Source: Candidatus Terraquivivens ruidianensis
GTDB taxonomy: Archaea > Thermoproteota > Nitrososphaeria_A > Caldarchaeales > Wolframiiraptoraceae
NCBI GenBank assembly: GCA_023267885.1
Contig: JALNLB010000001.1
Span: 72,779-115,469 of the forward strand
Direction: 5' to 3'
DNA: 42,691 nt
The notes beneath the pieces were generated by a model. The model made no database searches. It had not been told where the DNA came from and saw nothing but the letters and a program-made list of their open reading frames with translations. How positions within the stretch are numbered: position 1 is the first letter of the stretch; every line of letters starts with the position of its first letter. Shown here piece by piece: positions 1 through 9,325 of this stretch. The translations under genes and the position numbers were made by a program.

Positions 1-645
1 CGTGCCATTCTCGAGGAAAGCGCCCTTGGCTATGAATACGTCCTTTTTACTTCCGTATATCGTTACAGAAGAGACCGTTTCATCTTTCCACTTTTTCTTC
101 CCAATTCCTTTAAGCTCTGCCGCGATTAGCTTAGGGTTGAGTTCTATTAGTTCCCACGGATATTTTAACAGACAGACTTCGTCAGCATTTAATTTTTCAG
201 ATGCGATTTTTAAAATGGACTCCGTTATGTTGTCGGCTGAAGTTATCGCCGCTTGGATTTCTGAGTGCTCCAAGGATTTGCACTTAACATAGGCTGCCAC
301 AATCCTCCCTTTTTGCATAGCAACCATGCCGGGTCTCGAAAGCTTTCGTAACACATCATTCAGACTTTCGTCCGCAATGGCCAGGCCGTTAATTAGAAGA
401 ACGTCCTCGTCTATCGTTGAGAAATCGTTTACATAATTATTCGGCAATCTCTCCCTTAGAACATTTTCAAGATACTTTCTACAAAAAAACATTGCTTTTC
501 CTGAATTCGCAACGCTCTTAACTATCTTTTCTCTAATCGTTGACGTGCCAACCACCAGCTCGTATGCAGGCCTTGTTAACGTTAAAGGAAAGAAGTTCTG
601 ATAGACCTCGTCCTCAAATATAGCTATACGCAATTGCTCTATCAC
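1..645 (-). CDS. Putative sugar nucleotidyltransferase, GlmU-like N-terminal domain (partial, runs off window start)
   Basis: Not in the ORF track. Manual translation from GTG at 645 gives MIEQLRIAIFEDEVYQNFFPLTLTRPAYELVVGTSTIREKI...VLLING...YPWELI, typical of GlmU-like NTP transferases. Confidence 0.75.
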   Translation of the reverse strand, partial: MIEQLRIAIFEDEVYQNFFPLTLTRPAYELVVGTSTIREKIVKSVANSGKAMFFCRKYLENVLRERLPNNYVNDFSTIDEDVLLINGLAIADESLNDVLRKLSRPGMVAMQKGRIVAAYVKCKSLEHSEIQAAITSADNITESILKIASEKLNADEVCLLKYPWELIELNPKLIAAELKGIGKKKWKDETVSSVTIYGSKKDVFIAKGAFLENGT

Positions 646-770
646 CCTTATCCTATATCCAACTTATATACATAAGCGCCTTATTAATAACGCATAACCA
701 AAAAAGGATTGAACTTACTAATAGAGACGGGCTTATTAAAGGCCTGAGTGGGAAGTAAAGGGGGTCGTGC

Positions 771-1550
771 TTGTTGAAGAAGGCGTTAATCGTCCTTTCC
801 ATTCTCTGCGTCGTTTCCGTACTTTCAGTAGCGTTCCTTTATGTATCTCTAGCCGACGTTCTGTCTACGAATAAACAGCTCGAGGAGTTTCTTTCAAAAC
901 TACTTCTGCAGTATGAGAAGCTTTCAATGGATTACTCTTCGCTCCTCACTAGCTACGATGAACTTAACGTATCTTATCAGTCACTCATGAAACACTACAA
1001 CGAACTCCAATCAACGTATGTGAGGCTTATGATGGACTACGCATCTTTAAACGCAAATTACACATCAATTTTGACAGAGTTTAAGGTCCTTAACGCTTCT
1101 TACGTTGAACTTGTGCGTAAATACAGGCAGATGGAGCGTGAGTACGATACACTTTACGACATACTTTACAAACCGCTTGAAAACGAAAACGTGCCCACGA
1201 TAGACGAGCTTAAGGCATGGTTGAAGGAAGACCCGACCAACATCATACAATACAGAGATCCTGATTTCGTTTGTGGAGATTTCGCCACAATGCTATCGTT
1301 TCACGCCAAGCTGAGGGGCTGGGATATGGGGGTCGTTGCCGTCTTCGGACATGACGCGGGGGGAAAGAAATTCAACCATGCGTTTAACGCCATAGCCTGC
1401 GCTGAAGGGGTCGTTTATGTCGAGGCCCAGACGGATGCCGTTTGGTGGAACGAGAACTATGAGGAGATTGTCCCAGGTCGCTGGTATGAGTTTCCGGGCT
1501 TCGGCAGAATTTACGTCGAGCAGTACGCAGTCGTCGTGCTTTATAGATAA
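771..1550 (+). CDS. Membrane-anchored coiled-coil surface protein with C-terminal transglutaminase/cysteine-protease-like domain
   Basis: N-terminal TM/signal segment, YxxL heptad stalk, then FVCGDFA...HAFNAI...YVEAQTD (Cys-His-acid triad pattern). Confidence 0.6.
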   Translation: MLKKALIVLSILCVVSVLSVAFLYVSLADVLSTNKQLEEFLSKLLLQYEKLSMDYSSLLTSYDELNVSYQSLMKHYNELQSTYVRLMMDYASLNANYTSILTEFKVLNASYVELVRKYRQMEREYDTLYDILYKPLENENVPTIDELKAWLKEDPTNIIQYRDPDFVCGDFATMLSFHAKLRGWDMGVVAVFGHDAGGKKFNHAFNAIACAEGVVYVEAQTDAVWWNENYEEIVPGRWYEFPGFGRIYVEQYAVVVLYR

Positions 1551-1605
1551 GATGCGTTAGCATCGTTAAGGCAGTATGTCATCTGTTTCCTTATGTTAAC
1601 AGCTA

Positions 1606-1681
1606 CGGGCCCGCTGGGATTCGAACCCAGGCAATACTGGCTCCGGAGGCCAGCGCCCTATCCTTGCTAGGCTACGGGCCC
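1606..1681 (-). tRNA. tRNA-Arg(CCG), intronless, CCA not encoded
   Basis: GGGCCCG acceptor stem pairs with CGGGCCC-G; D arm GCCT/GGGC; anticodon arm CTGGC-CTCCGGA-GCCAG; T arm CTGGG-TTCGAAT-CCCAG. Confidence 0.95.
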
Positions 1682-1782
1682 ACTGACTAACCCATCAGGC
1701 CGTGCATGTATATTTTATGGTAGTTAGCCACCCTGGTTTTAAAGCTTAAAATTTAACTAAATGATATATTGAATTCTTAGGT

Positions 1783-2670
1783 ATGGATATGATAATAGAT
1801 GTACATGCTCATATAGGAGAGTTTCCTAAGCAGTGGAGTCAGGAGTGGTTTGATTCATATGCACATCTTGTAGGAGATCCCCTGAGATCGGTTTTACGAT
1901 ATTTCCCTATCGAGGATAAATTTTTGGCAGACATGGATGAGGCGGGTGTTAATGTATCAGTAGTTATGGGGTTTGTTCACTATTCAACATCAACCCTTGT
2001 ACCCGATGAACATGTTTACAATTTTGTTAAGAGCAATCCAGATAGACTCATAGGCTTTTCATGCGTGCAACCCATAGACAGTAGAAATGAGTTCAACGCG
2101 AGGGGTCTCTTAGAATTTGAGACGGCAGTTACTAAATATGGGTTCAGGGGTCTGAAGTTCCTACCGGTTTACAACTTCTTCTTTCCCAACGACAGAAGGG
2201 CATATCCATTCTACGAAAAAGCCTTAGAACTGAATGTTCCTGTGATGTTTCACTCGGCTGCAGTCGGAAGCACCGCCGCATGTATGAAGTACGGTCATCC
2301 TATGTATTTAGAAGACGTTGTGATGGATTTTCCTAAGCTGAAGATGTGCGTATCCCATATGGCATTCCCGTGGACAGAAGAGGCGCTTTTGTTAGTGCGG
2401 AAGGCACCGAATATGTACATGGATGTGAGTGCCATGGTCAGACCAACTATTCTTACATGGAATCTTGTTAAAGCAAAGGAGTACGGTGTGATACACAAGT
2501 TGATGTTCGGCAGTGATTATCCTCTTTTTGGCCCTCGGAAGAACTTGGTAGAAATTATCAGAGACAAAGTCAATCAGATTGCGGAGAGGACAGGATGGCC
2601 GACCCTAACCGATGAGGAAATTGAAGGAATATTGTGGAAAAACGCGTTAAAGTTCTTAGAGTTGAAATAA
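1783..2670 (+). CDS. Amidohydrolase family 2 (TIM-barrel metallo-hydrolase)
   Basis: IIDVHAH, GFRGLKF, PVMFHS, SHMAFPW, MFGSDYP motifs. Confidence 0.85.
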   Translation: MDMIIDVHAHIGEFPKQWSQEWFDSYAHLVGDPLRSVLRYFPIEDKFLADMDEAGVNVSVVMGFVHYSTSTLVPDEHVYNFVKSNPDRLIGFSCVQPIDSRNEFNARGLLEFETAVTKYGFRGLKFLPVYNFFFPNDRRAYPFYEKALELNVPVMFHSAAVGSTAACMKYGHPMYLEDVVMDFPKLKMCVSHMAFPWTEEALLLVRKAPNMYMDVSAMVRPTILTWNLVKAKEYGVIHKLMFGSDYPLFGPRKNLVEIIRDKVNQIAERTGWPTLTDEEIEGILWKNALKFLELK

Positions 2671-2720
2671 TAACAAAACATTTTCTACTTCGTCAGATAT
2701 TCTTATGACCTATTTCGGTC

Positions 2721-4013
2721 TCAGAAAAACTCTTCCAGCCTCTTGCTGGTGTGCTTTCGCTCACCCACATTTCCTTCTACACCAAAGATTATTCGACCGT
2801 ACACACCGTCAAACCCTGGAATTATCCTGATCTCGTTCCGCCTCACCGCCATAATGAGGTTTGTCAGCTGGGGCCCCATCGCGCCCTTTAGCTCCTCCTC
2901 TGACGTCTCAAACATTATCTTGAACTCGTTGCCTAAGAGCGATATTAGTCTACTGTACTCCTTCCAAACCTTGCTGGACAATAACCTCTGTTCAGATTCC
3001 GGACTTATACCTTCTGAGACCGCTATGAGCTCCTGAAGAGGTAGTGCATACTTGAAACCTATCGAGTCTTCTGGAATATAACCCGGAGGCCTATCTGCAA
3101 GTTCGTTAACCCTATCGTCAACGCCTTTCGTTAATTTTCTACCACAAACCGCACACTTATAGCCAATGCTCTTTGCATTTTCTGGTGATATGGGACCAAC
3201 ATTACAGTTCCTGTGCCCTGACCAGTGGTACTTGCCGTAAGCTGGTGGAACCTCTATCGTCATAGTTATCCTATTTCTGTCCTTCTTTCTAATAGCATCC
3301 GCAATCTCATCGTAGGTTAGTCTGCCCAGCTCGAACACTACGGCCTCCCTTCCAAGCCTAAAAGGATAGGGGCTATGCGCGTCGCTAGCGCTTATCAACG
3401 TTAGTCTGTCTAAGCTGCTAACTCTCCAGTTCATGGGAGGGTCACTACTCAGCCCAGTCTCCAAAGCACAAACATTCTTAGCTCTGTCCTCGTAAGCTTC
3501 CTCTAAAGAATCCACACCGCTGAAACTTCCGAAAACGGACCACCATGGTGTCCAAGCATGAGCTGGAAACATCAAGCTTCTCCTTTCGGTTTCTAAAATT
3601 ATGTCGAAAAGTTCCGCAGGCGTTATCGTAAGGACTGGTCTGCCGTCAGATGCTAAGTCACCGCATGCCGAGAGCCTATCCGCAAGCTGCGCAGACACTT
3701 CCTTCGAGGGTATGAGGATTACATGATGTATCTTTCTGACCTTTTCTTTGTAACGATGCACAGTGGCCACCTCGGTTTGGAAGATGAAGTAAACTGAGTT
3801 TTCGGAAAACTTCAGTCTATAGATTCCTGTACCGTCCAACTCTTCTAAGCGCTCGCTTAGTTCATTAAACCATCCCGGATGGAAGGCATCACCTGTTCCC
3901 AGCAACCCTAAACCCTTTATCGTAGCATACCGAGCAATTTCTTCCAAGTTCATGTTCCTTGAGGTTGCGCCAGAATAATAACTGTGGATATGTAGGTCTG
4001 CATAAATCCTCAA
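2721..4013 (-). CDS. endoQ: Endonuclease Q family (PHP domain + Zn finger) DNA repair endonuclease
   Basis: ADLHIHS, GTGD, PAHAWTPW, ETGLSSD, SDAHS, LGRE, GKYH..GHR.C, CxxCG, GFDGVYG; C-terminal PIP-like KRLEEFF. Confidence 0.85.
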   Translation of the reverse strand: MRIYADLHIHSYYSGATSRNMNLEEIARYATIKGLGLLGTGDAFHPGWFNELSERLEELDGTGIYRLKFSENSVYFIFQTEVATVHRYKEKVRKIHHVILIPSKEVSAQLADRLSACGDLASDGRPVLTITPAELFDIILETERRSLMFPAHAWTPWWSVFGSFSGVDSLEEAYEDRAKNVCALETGLSSDPPMNWRVSSLDRLTLISASDAHSPYPFRLGREAVVFELGRLTYDEIADAIRKKDRNRITMTIEVPPAYGKYHWSGHRNCNVGPISPENAKSIGYKCAVCGRKLTKGVDDRVNELADRPPGYIPEDSIGFKYALPLQELIAVSEGISPESEQRLLSSKVWKEYSRLISLLGNEFKIMFETSEEELKGAMGPQLTNLIMAVRRNEIRIIPGFDGVYGRIIFGVEGNVGERKHTSKRLEEFF

Positions 4014-4047
4014 GGTTTACCCTTCTCCAACCTATGAATTTCGTTCG

Positions 4048-4647
4048 CTATATCTCCCACTTCCATCTTACCATTTCTACTGCCTTATGCGGAAGCTTAG
4101 ATATCAAGGATGGGTCTAAGTTCCTCCACTCGATTATCTCCTCAAAGATGCTAGACGATTCGACTTTTACGCCTACGCTGAGTAGCTCGGCTAACATCTC
4201 CGTCATTATAGATTCCACGTCCTCCTTCGTCCTTAACCTTTTAAAGCCTTCATCAGTTATCATACCGAATACCGCCCTGAACCCCAACTTACCGTCTTCA
4301 AGCATGCGTTTCGTACACTTGGTCGCACCGTGCTTTGCGCTAATTTGTTCAAGAGTTTTTAAAATCTCGCCGAGCCTCTCATCAACTGAGAGCGTTAGAG
4401 CAATCCCGAATGCTTTCTCGTAAATGATAAAATAACCCAAGTAAATCTGGAGGGCACCCTCAAACTCAGGCTTGAGCCGACTCATTCCCAGCATAACGAA
4501 CTCTTGGCCCTCTTTCAAAAGAAATCGTTGAAGGAGTTCGGCGGGAATCGTTATGGCCAAACTGTTTCCGCTTCGCCTTATTATACCCCTAAAAACCACA
4601 CTATCCTCTACCCATTCGAGTGCTTCCTTCTTTTGAGTTTGCGGCAT
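4048..4647 (-). CDS. AbrB/MazE-like DNA-binding domain protein
   Basis: IRRSGNSLAITIPAELLQRFLLKEGQ is a swapped-hairpin AbrB pattern; C-terminal domain not recognised. Confidence 0.6.
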   Translation of the reverse strand: MPQTQKKEALEWVEDSVVFRGIIRRSGNSLAITIPAELLQRFLLKEGQEFVMLGMSRLKPEFEGALQIYLGYFIIYEKAFGIALTLSVDERLGEILKTLEQISAKHGATKCTKRMLEDGKLGFRAVFGMITDEGFKRLRTKEDVESIMTEMLAELLSVGVKVESSSIFEEIIEWRNLDPSLISKLPHKAVEMVRWKWEI

Positions 4648-4842
4648 TTCTTTCCAGCATTTAGTACACGCGTAACGCTTTAAGCATATCTATGTAGTAT
4701 TCTGGTTCATGTCCTGCTGTTTTTAGTGAACGATGTACCTTAAAAGCACGTTTAAACTGTTTATGTACTAAAGGTCAATCTACCCATTAATATTTATATT
4801 ATTATAACGACCTTAACCTAAATGCGCGGAGGGTATTAAAAG

Positions 4843-5751
4843 TTGGAAGAAGACCTAATGTGGCTCCTCAGGCACAAGAGTAGACGTAAGATAATCTTGG
4901 CCATAGGTGAGGCGGGCAAGATAAGCGCCACAGCCCTCCGCGATAAGCTGGGAATAAGCACGGGCTCACTCTACTACAACTTGCGCCAGCTTGGGGGGCT
5001 AGTTCAACAGGACCAGAAGAGGAACTATACGCTGACTCCGGAGGGGCAGAAAGTTTACAAGGCTTTAACGGAGCAGGCGGGGCCCGAGGGGTTACTTAGT
5101 AAGGAGCCACCCGGAAAACTATTCACTATACTCTCAAGCATATTCTTTCCACTCAATCTTTTTACCCCGATTTATGAGAGTATGGCCATGAGAGTCTTCC
5201 TTCCATTACTCTCGATATCGGTTATTAGTGCCTTAATGATCTATGCAAAGTTTATTCCTTTTATACTCCATGTGCTGGACAAGCCTCGCTTTACCATTCT
5301 GGAATTTGGAGCAAATTTTCTTATCAGCATCCTTATCATATACGTTTACACTTCGATCATGAGTTGGGTCGCCGCAGGTAGGGTGAAAACTTTTAGGGTC
5401 CCTAGCGGAAGAGAGTTTCTGCCTTCCATAAAGAGTTGGTTAAAGAACAACTACGCAGAACACGTCAAGTTCCTGTTGTGTTTGCTACTTTCACTTTTAC
5501 CTCTTTCGATACTGCCTGGGGTCGTAACGATAGATAGGCTCTTTAAACTTAACGCGATACCATCTCCAGGTACCGGCAACTACTTCATAGTTAGGGACGT
5601 GCTCTTATTAATATCGCAAGGCATAACTACCATTTTAATGATCGCTGGCATATCTTACGCTAAAAACGTCAAATGGCAGAGCGCTGCAATGGTTAGCTTT
5701 TCGCTGCTTTACTTTTCGTTCTTCGTAAATAAGGTTATGGGATTTGTATAG
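4843..5751 (+). CDS. Winged-helix (ArsR-like) regulator fused to a multi-pass membrane domain
   Basis: LRHKSRRKIILAIG...STGSLYYNLRQL...YTLTPEG wHTH followed by several hydrophobic helices. Confidence 0.7.
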   Translation: MEEDLMWLLRHKSRRKIILAIGEAGKISATALRDKLGISTGSLYYNLRQLGGLVQQDQKRNYTLTPEGQKVYKALTEQAGPEGLLSKEPPGKLFTILSSIFFPLNLFTPIYESMAMRVFLPLLSISVISALMIYAKFIPFILHVLDKPRFTILEFGANFLISILIIYVYTSIMSWVAAGRVKTFRVPSGREFLPSIKSWLKNNYAEHVKFLLCLLLSLLPLSILPGVVTIDRLFKLNAIPSPGTGNYFIVRDVLLLISQGITTILMIAGISYAKNVKWQSAAMVSFSLLYFSFFVNKVMGFV

Positions 5752-5754
5752 TTT

Positions 5755-6066
5755 TTACTTGACGGTCATTTCAACACTTACTTCATCTGGTATCTGAATC
5801 CTCATTATTTGTCGAAGAACTCTTTGGTCGCTTATACTCATATCTATTAATCTTCTATGAATCCTCAACTCATGCTTACGCCAAGTCTTCGTTCCTTCGC
5901 CACATGGAGATTTCCTGACTGGAAGAGTCAGCCTTTTTTTAGGTAGGGGTATGGGGCCGGAGATCTTCGTGCCCGTCTTATCCGCTATATCTTTTATCTC
6001 TTCGCAGACCTTATCCAACTTCTCCAAGTCGGTACTCGTAAGCTTAACACGTATCATCTGAGGCAT
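5755..6066 (-). CDS. rps10: 30S ribosomal protein S10 (uS10)
   Basis: SGPIPLP, RKSPCGEGTKTW, HRRLID. Confidence 0.97.
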   Translation of the reverse strand: MPQMIRVKLTSTDLEKLDKVCEEIKDIADKTGTKISGPIPLPKKRLTLPVRKSPCGEGTKTWRKHELRIHRRLIDMSISDQRVLRQIMRIQIPDEVSVEMTVK

Positions 6067-6094
6067 CAGGATGCTGCCCCTACTTTATCGGTGG

Positions 6095-7390
6095 TTAAGC
6101 CTTCTGGGTTATCTCCTTAACGATACCAGCAGCTATAGTCATACCGCTGTCTCTGATGGCGAACCTACCCAGCTCAGGGAATTGAGAGTAAGGTTCGAGT
6201 GCTGTCGGCTGTAACGGCATAAGCTTCACGAGCGCTATGTCTCCCGTCTTCAGGAATTGGGGGTTCTTCTCCACAACTTGTCCAGTCCTTGGGTCGATTT
6301 TTGATACAAGTTCAACAAACTTTACGGCCACCTGTGCCGTGTGTACGTGCATGACCGGCGTATAACCGGCAGCTATAGCTGTCGGATGGTATATCACTAC
6401 TATCTGACCAAGAAACTCTTTCGCTACACTACATGGACTATCTGGATGGCTGGCAACCATGCCCCTCGCAAGCTGGGTTCTCTCTACACCCTTTAGGTTA
6501 AAGCCTATGTTGTCGCCAGGTACTGCCTGCTGTAAAGGTTGGTGGTGCATCTCTATACTCTTGACCTCAGCCTTTACGTTAGGTGGCATGATAACAACTG
6601 TATCACCAGGCTTCAGGACGCCCGTCTCGACTCTCCCGACGGGTACCGTTCCTATACCCTTAATAGAGTAAACCGCCTGTAACGGGATTCTCAAAGGCTT
6701 GTCAATAGGCTTCGGCGGCTCTTGGAACGCGTCTAAAGCCTCTAGTAAAGTCGGTCCATTGTACCATGGAAGGTTTTTACTCCGTTCTACTAGGTTGTCA
6801 CCTAACCATCCAGATATCGGTATGAAGTTTATCTTTGAGGGGTCGTAACCGATTAGCTTTAGCAAGTCCTGTACACCTTGCTTTACCTCATTGTACCTGG
6901 CCTGGGACCAATTGACCGTGCTATCATCCATCTTGTTAATTGCAACAACCAGTTGTTTTATGCCCAGCATAAACGCTAAGAAAGCATGTTCCCTCGTCTG
7001 TCCGCCGTGTGCTATCCCTACCTCATACTCACCTTTCTTTGCAGAAACGACTAAGACGGCGACGTCAGCCTGACTTGCTCCAGTTATCATGTTCTTCACG
7101 AAGTCCCTGTGACCAGGAGCGTCAATTAACGTATAGTAATATTTCTTAGTCTCGAATCTTTGGAACGCAAGGTCTATCGTCAGCCCTCTTTCTCGCTCCT
7201 CCTTAATCCTGTCAAGCACCCATGCATACTTAAACGTCTCCTTTCCGAGCTTTTTCGCCTCTTCCTCATATGTCTGAATAGTCCTTTCGTCGATGGCGCC
7301 CAATTTATACAGTAGATGGCCCATCGTTGTTGACTTCCCATGGTCCACATGCCCGATGACTACCAAGTTTAGGTGTGGTTTGGTAGACAT
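6095..7390 (-). CDS. tuf: Translation elongation factor EF-1alpha
   Basis: GHVDHGKST, DAPGHRDFVKNMITG, NKMD; eocyte-type insert GEYEVGIAHGG. Confidence 0.98.
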   Translation of the reverse strand: MSTKPHLNLVVIGHVDHGKSTTMGHLLYKLGAIDERTIQTYEEEAKKLGKETFKYAWVLDRIKEERERGLTIDLAFQRFETKKYYYTLIDAPGHRDFVKNMITGASQADVAVLVVSAKKGEYEVGIAHGGQTREHAFLAFMLGIKQLVVAINKMDDSTVNWSQARYNEVKQGVQDLLKLIGYDPSKINFIPISGWLGDNLVERSKNLPWYNGPTLLEALDAFQEPPKPIDKPLRIPLQAVYSIKGIGTVPVGRVETGVLKPGDTVVIMPPNVKAEVKSIEMHHQPLQQAVPGDNIGFNLKGVERTQLARGMVASHPDSPCSVAKEFLGQIVVIYHPTAIAAGYTPVMHVHTAQVAVKFVELVSKIDPRTGQVVEKNPQFLKTGDIALVKLMPLQPTALEPYSQFPELGRFAIRDSGMTIAAGIVKEITQKA

Positions 7391-7436
7391 TCTACTTCCA
7401 CCGCTTACTACTTACGTTCATCGTTTCTGGATTGGG

Positions 7437-7449
7437 TATATATAAGCTT
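7437..7449 (-). promoter_or_regulatory. Putative BRE/TATA promoter for tuf-rps10
   Basis: AAGCTTATATATA on the minus strand about 50 nt upstream of the tuf ATG, with a GGTGG SD-like sequence nearer the start. Confidence 0.5.
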
Positions 7450-7496
7450 GTAGGGGCTTGTTTTTAAAACTTTTATGCATGATGTGGAGGTATGTC

Positions 7497-8066
7497 TTAT
7501 CTTGACGATAAAGCAACCCTCTCCAGTTCGAACTTCTTCTTAATGGCATAACTTTTGCTGTCATTTTGTGATGCCAATATTATTTCGTCGGCTAAACACT
7601 CATCCACCGTTTTCCTGCTCTTGAAGCTAGCATCGCGGGCCGCCGTGGTTATATATCTGAGTGCCAAGTCTAACCTCCTCTGGGGCGATATATCAACGGC
7701 TTTAAAGTATACGATACCTCCGTAGCTGAGCCTTGTTACGTCCTCTCTTGGTGCGGCATTTTCGAGCGCCCTCACCAAGACCTCCACGGGATTCGTACCA
7801 GTTCTCAGGTAAATTATCTCTAGAGCGTTACGAACTATTTTAAGAGCTTTGGACTTCTTTCCACCATTCCTCCCGGGTCTCATGAACATGTTTGCAAGAC
7901 GTTCAACTATGCTAACCTGAGCTTTCCCGAACCTCCTGTGCTCGTGTCTTCCGCCGGAGTGCAACGTTGGTTTAAGGCAAATGTATCGCTGTAGGCCTGG
8001 GTCTTTTATCTCAATACCATCCGTATCCCATTTACCGAATACTTTAAAGCCTATCAAGATAGTCAC
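7497..8066 (-). CDS. rps7: 30S ribosomal protein S7 (uS7)
   Basis: [46 protein letters not shown]. Confidence 0.97.
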   Translation of the reverse strand: MTILIGFKVFGKWDTDGIEIKDPGLQRYICLKPTLHSGGRHEHRRFGKAQVSIVERLANMFMRPGRNGGKKSKALKIVRNALEIIYLRTGTNPVEVLVRALENAAPREDVTRLSYGGIVYFKAVDISPQRRLDLALRYITTAARDASFKSRKTVDECLADEIILASQNDSKSYAIKKKFELERVALSSR

Positions 8067-8491
8067 CTCTTCGGCTTTTTAGCCTCACCAGTAATTAACA
8101 GGTTAAGCGGAACTCCGTTCACCAACTCTACTTTGTATCTAACACCTGGAAGGTCGCCGTAGCTTTTGCCCATCGAGCCGCCTATGCCGCTGATTATCAC
8201 TTCATCGTGTTCATCAACAACGTTTAGCGCACCATCTCCTGGCAGAAATGCCGAGACGACCTTGCCGTTCTTAATCAACTGAACTCTGACGGCCTTCCTA
8301 ACGGCTGAGTTCGGTTGCCTGGATTCTATCCCAATCTTTTGTAGGACTATGCCACGGGCCATGGGTGCACCTTCGAGCGGGTCGGTCTTTAGCTTAAGCT
8401 GGAGCATCCTAATGCGGTATTCTCGCTGACTCCACTTAAACTTCTTCCTATTTTGGACAAGCTTCCTCGCTGCAAACAGCCCATTACCCAT
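8063..8491 (-). CDS. rps12: 30S ribosomal protein S12 (uS12)
   Basis: [38 protein letters not shown]. Confidence 0.97.
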   Translation of the reverse strand: MGNGLFAARKLVQNRKKFKWSQREYRIRMLQLKLKTDPLEGAPMARGIVLQKIGIESRQPNSAVRKAVRVQLIKNGKVVSAFLPGDGALNVVDEHDEVIISGIGGSMGKSYGDLPGVRYKVELVNGVPLNLLITGEAKKPKR

Positions 8492-8701
8492 GACCCATCC
8501 TCGACTGAAAATGGATGTCCGGTAAGCAACTTAAAAACTCTTCTCTTTTCTCGGGCCTGCTGAATGTTAAATTAATTGTGGCCATTCCCATCACGGACAT
8601 GGAGCGGCTTATTATAAATGATGGAAAGAGCTATGAATACATCATTAAAAATATTTATTAAAAGGTTTTATATAACACTGTTAAGAAAGAAGGGGAAAAG
8701 T

Positions 8702-9244
8702 ATGAGCGAGAGTAAATGGGCCTCTAGATTCGTTGTCGCGGCGATATTCCAAGGCGCTTTAGCAACAGCATTAACCGCATATTTCGTCTTAGGTCAAATA
8801 TTCTGGCTGAAGCCTGAGGTATCAAGGGTCATAGCTTTCGGCAGCGCTGGCAACTGGTTTACGGTGGGTTACACAACATACCTCATAGTCGGAGTGATTG
8901 GAGTGGCGGTAACGGCACTATTCTATCACCATATAGAGTCTACACTCAGAAAACCTTACACGGGTGCGGCAAACATGCTAGCATGGCTACATCTCGTCTT
9001 AATGAATGTCGGAGTCATAGGTGCCACATGGTTGTTAATGATCGGCGGATATCTGGGAGGAGCTGCGATGCTTCCACCAGAAGTAGGCGGCAAAGGATGG
9101 AATCCTGGCCAAGTACACGTGAACGTGTTTTACGGAATCCCTCTTGGCTATCCGACGTGGATTTCGATTTTCATAATAATCCTTGCGGTCGGTGTATTGC
9201 TGGGCGGTCTGGGATACCTAATCGCATGGGCCAAGAAGACTTAA
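8702..9244 (+). CDS. Uncharacterised multi-pass membrane protein (paralog of 10266-10751)
   Basis: Hydrophobic helices. The ATG at 8702 (MSESKW) is preferred over 8618 because the upstream stretch is AT-rich promoter-like sequence. Confidence 0.7.
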   Translation: MSESKWASRFVVAAIFQGALATALTAYFVLGQIFWLKPEVSRVIAFGSAGNWFTVGYTTYLIVGVIGVAVTALFYHHIESTLRKPYTGAANMLAWLHLVLMNVGVIGATWLLMIGGYLGGAAMLPPEVGGKGWNPGQVHVNVFYGIPLGYPTWISIFIIILAVGVLLGGLGYLIAWAKKT

Positions 9245-9325
9245 CCTTCTTTTCCTATTTTTTAGGGAGCACATTAAACGATAAAAGGGTATAAAGCCGT
9301 AACTAAATGGAATCTGAAGGTATCG

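Noticed and set aside
1551-1782. tRNA-Arg as an integration site
   Set aside because: No integrase and no duplicated tRNA 3' end (att site) found in the window.
6095-8491. Absence of EF-2 from the S12-S7-EF1alpha-S10 cluster
   Set aside because: This layout is already known in crenarchaeal/TACK genomes and is not novel.
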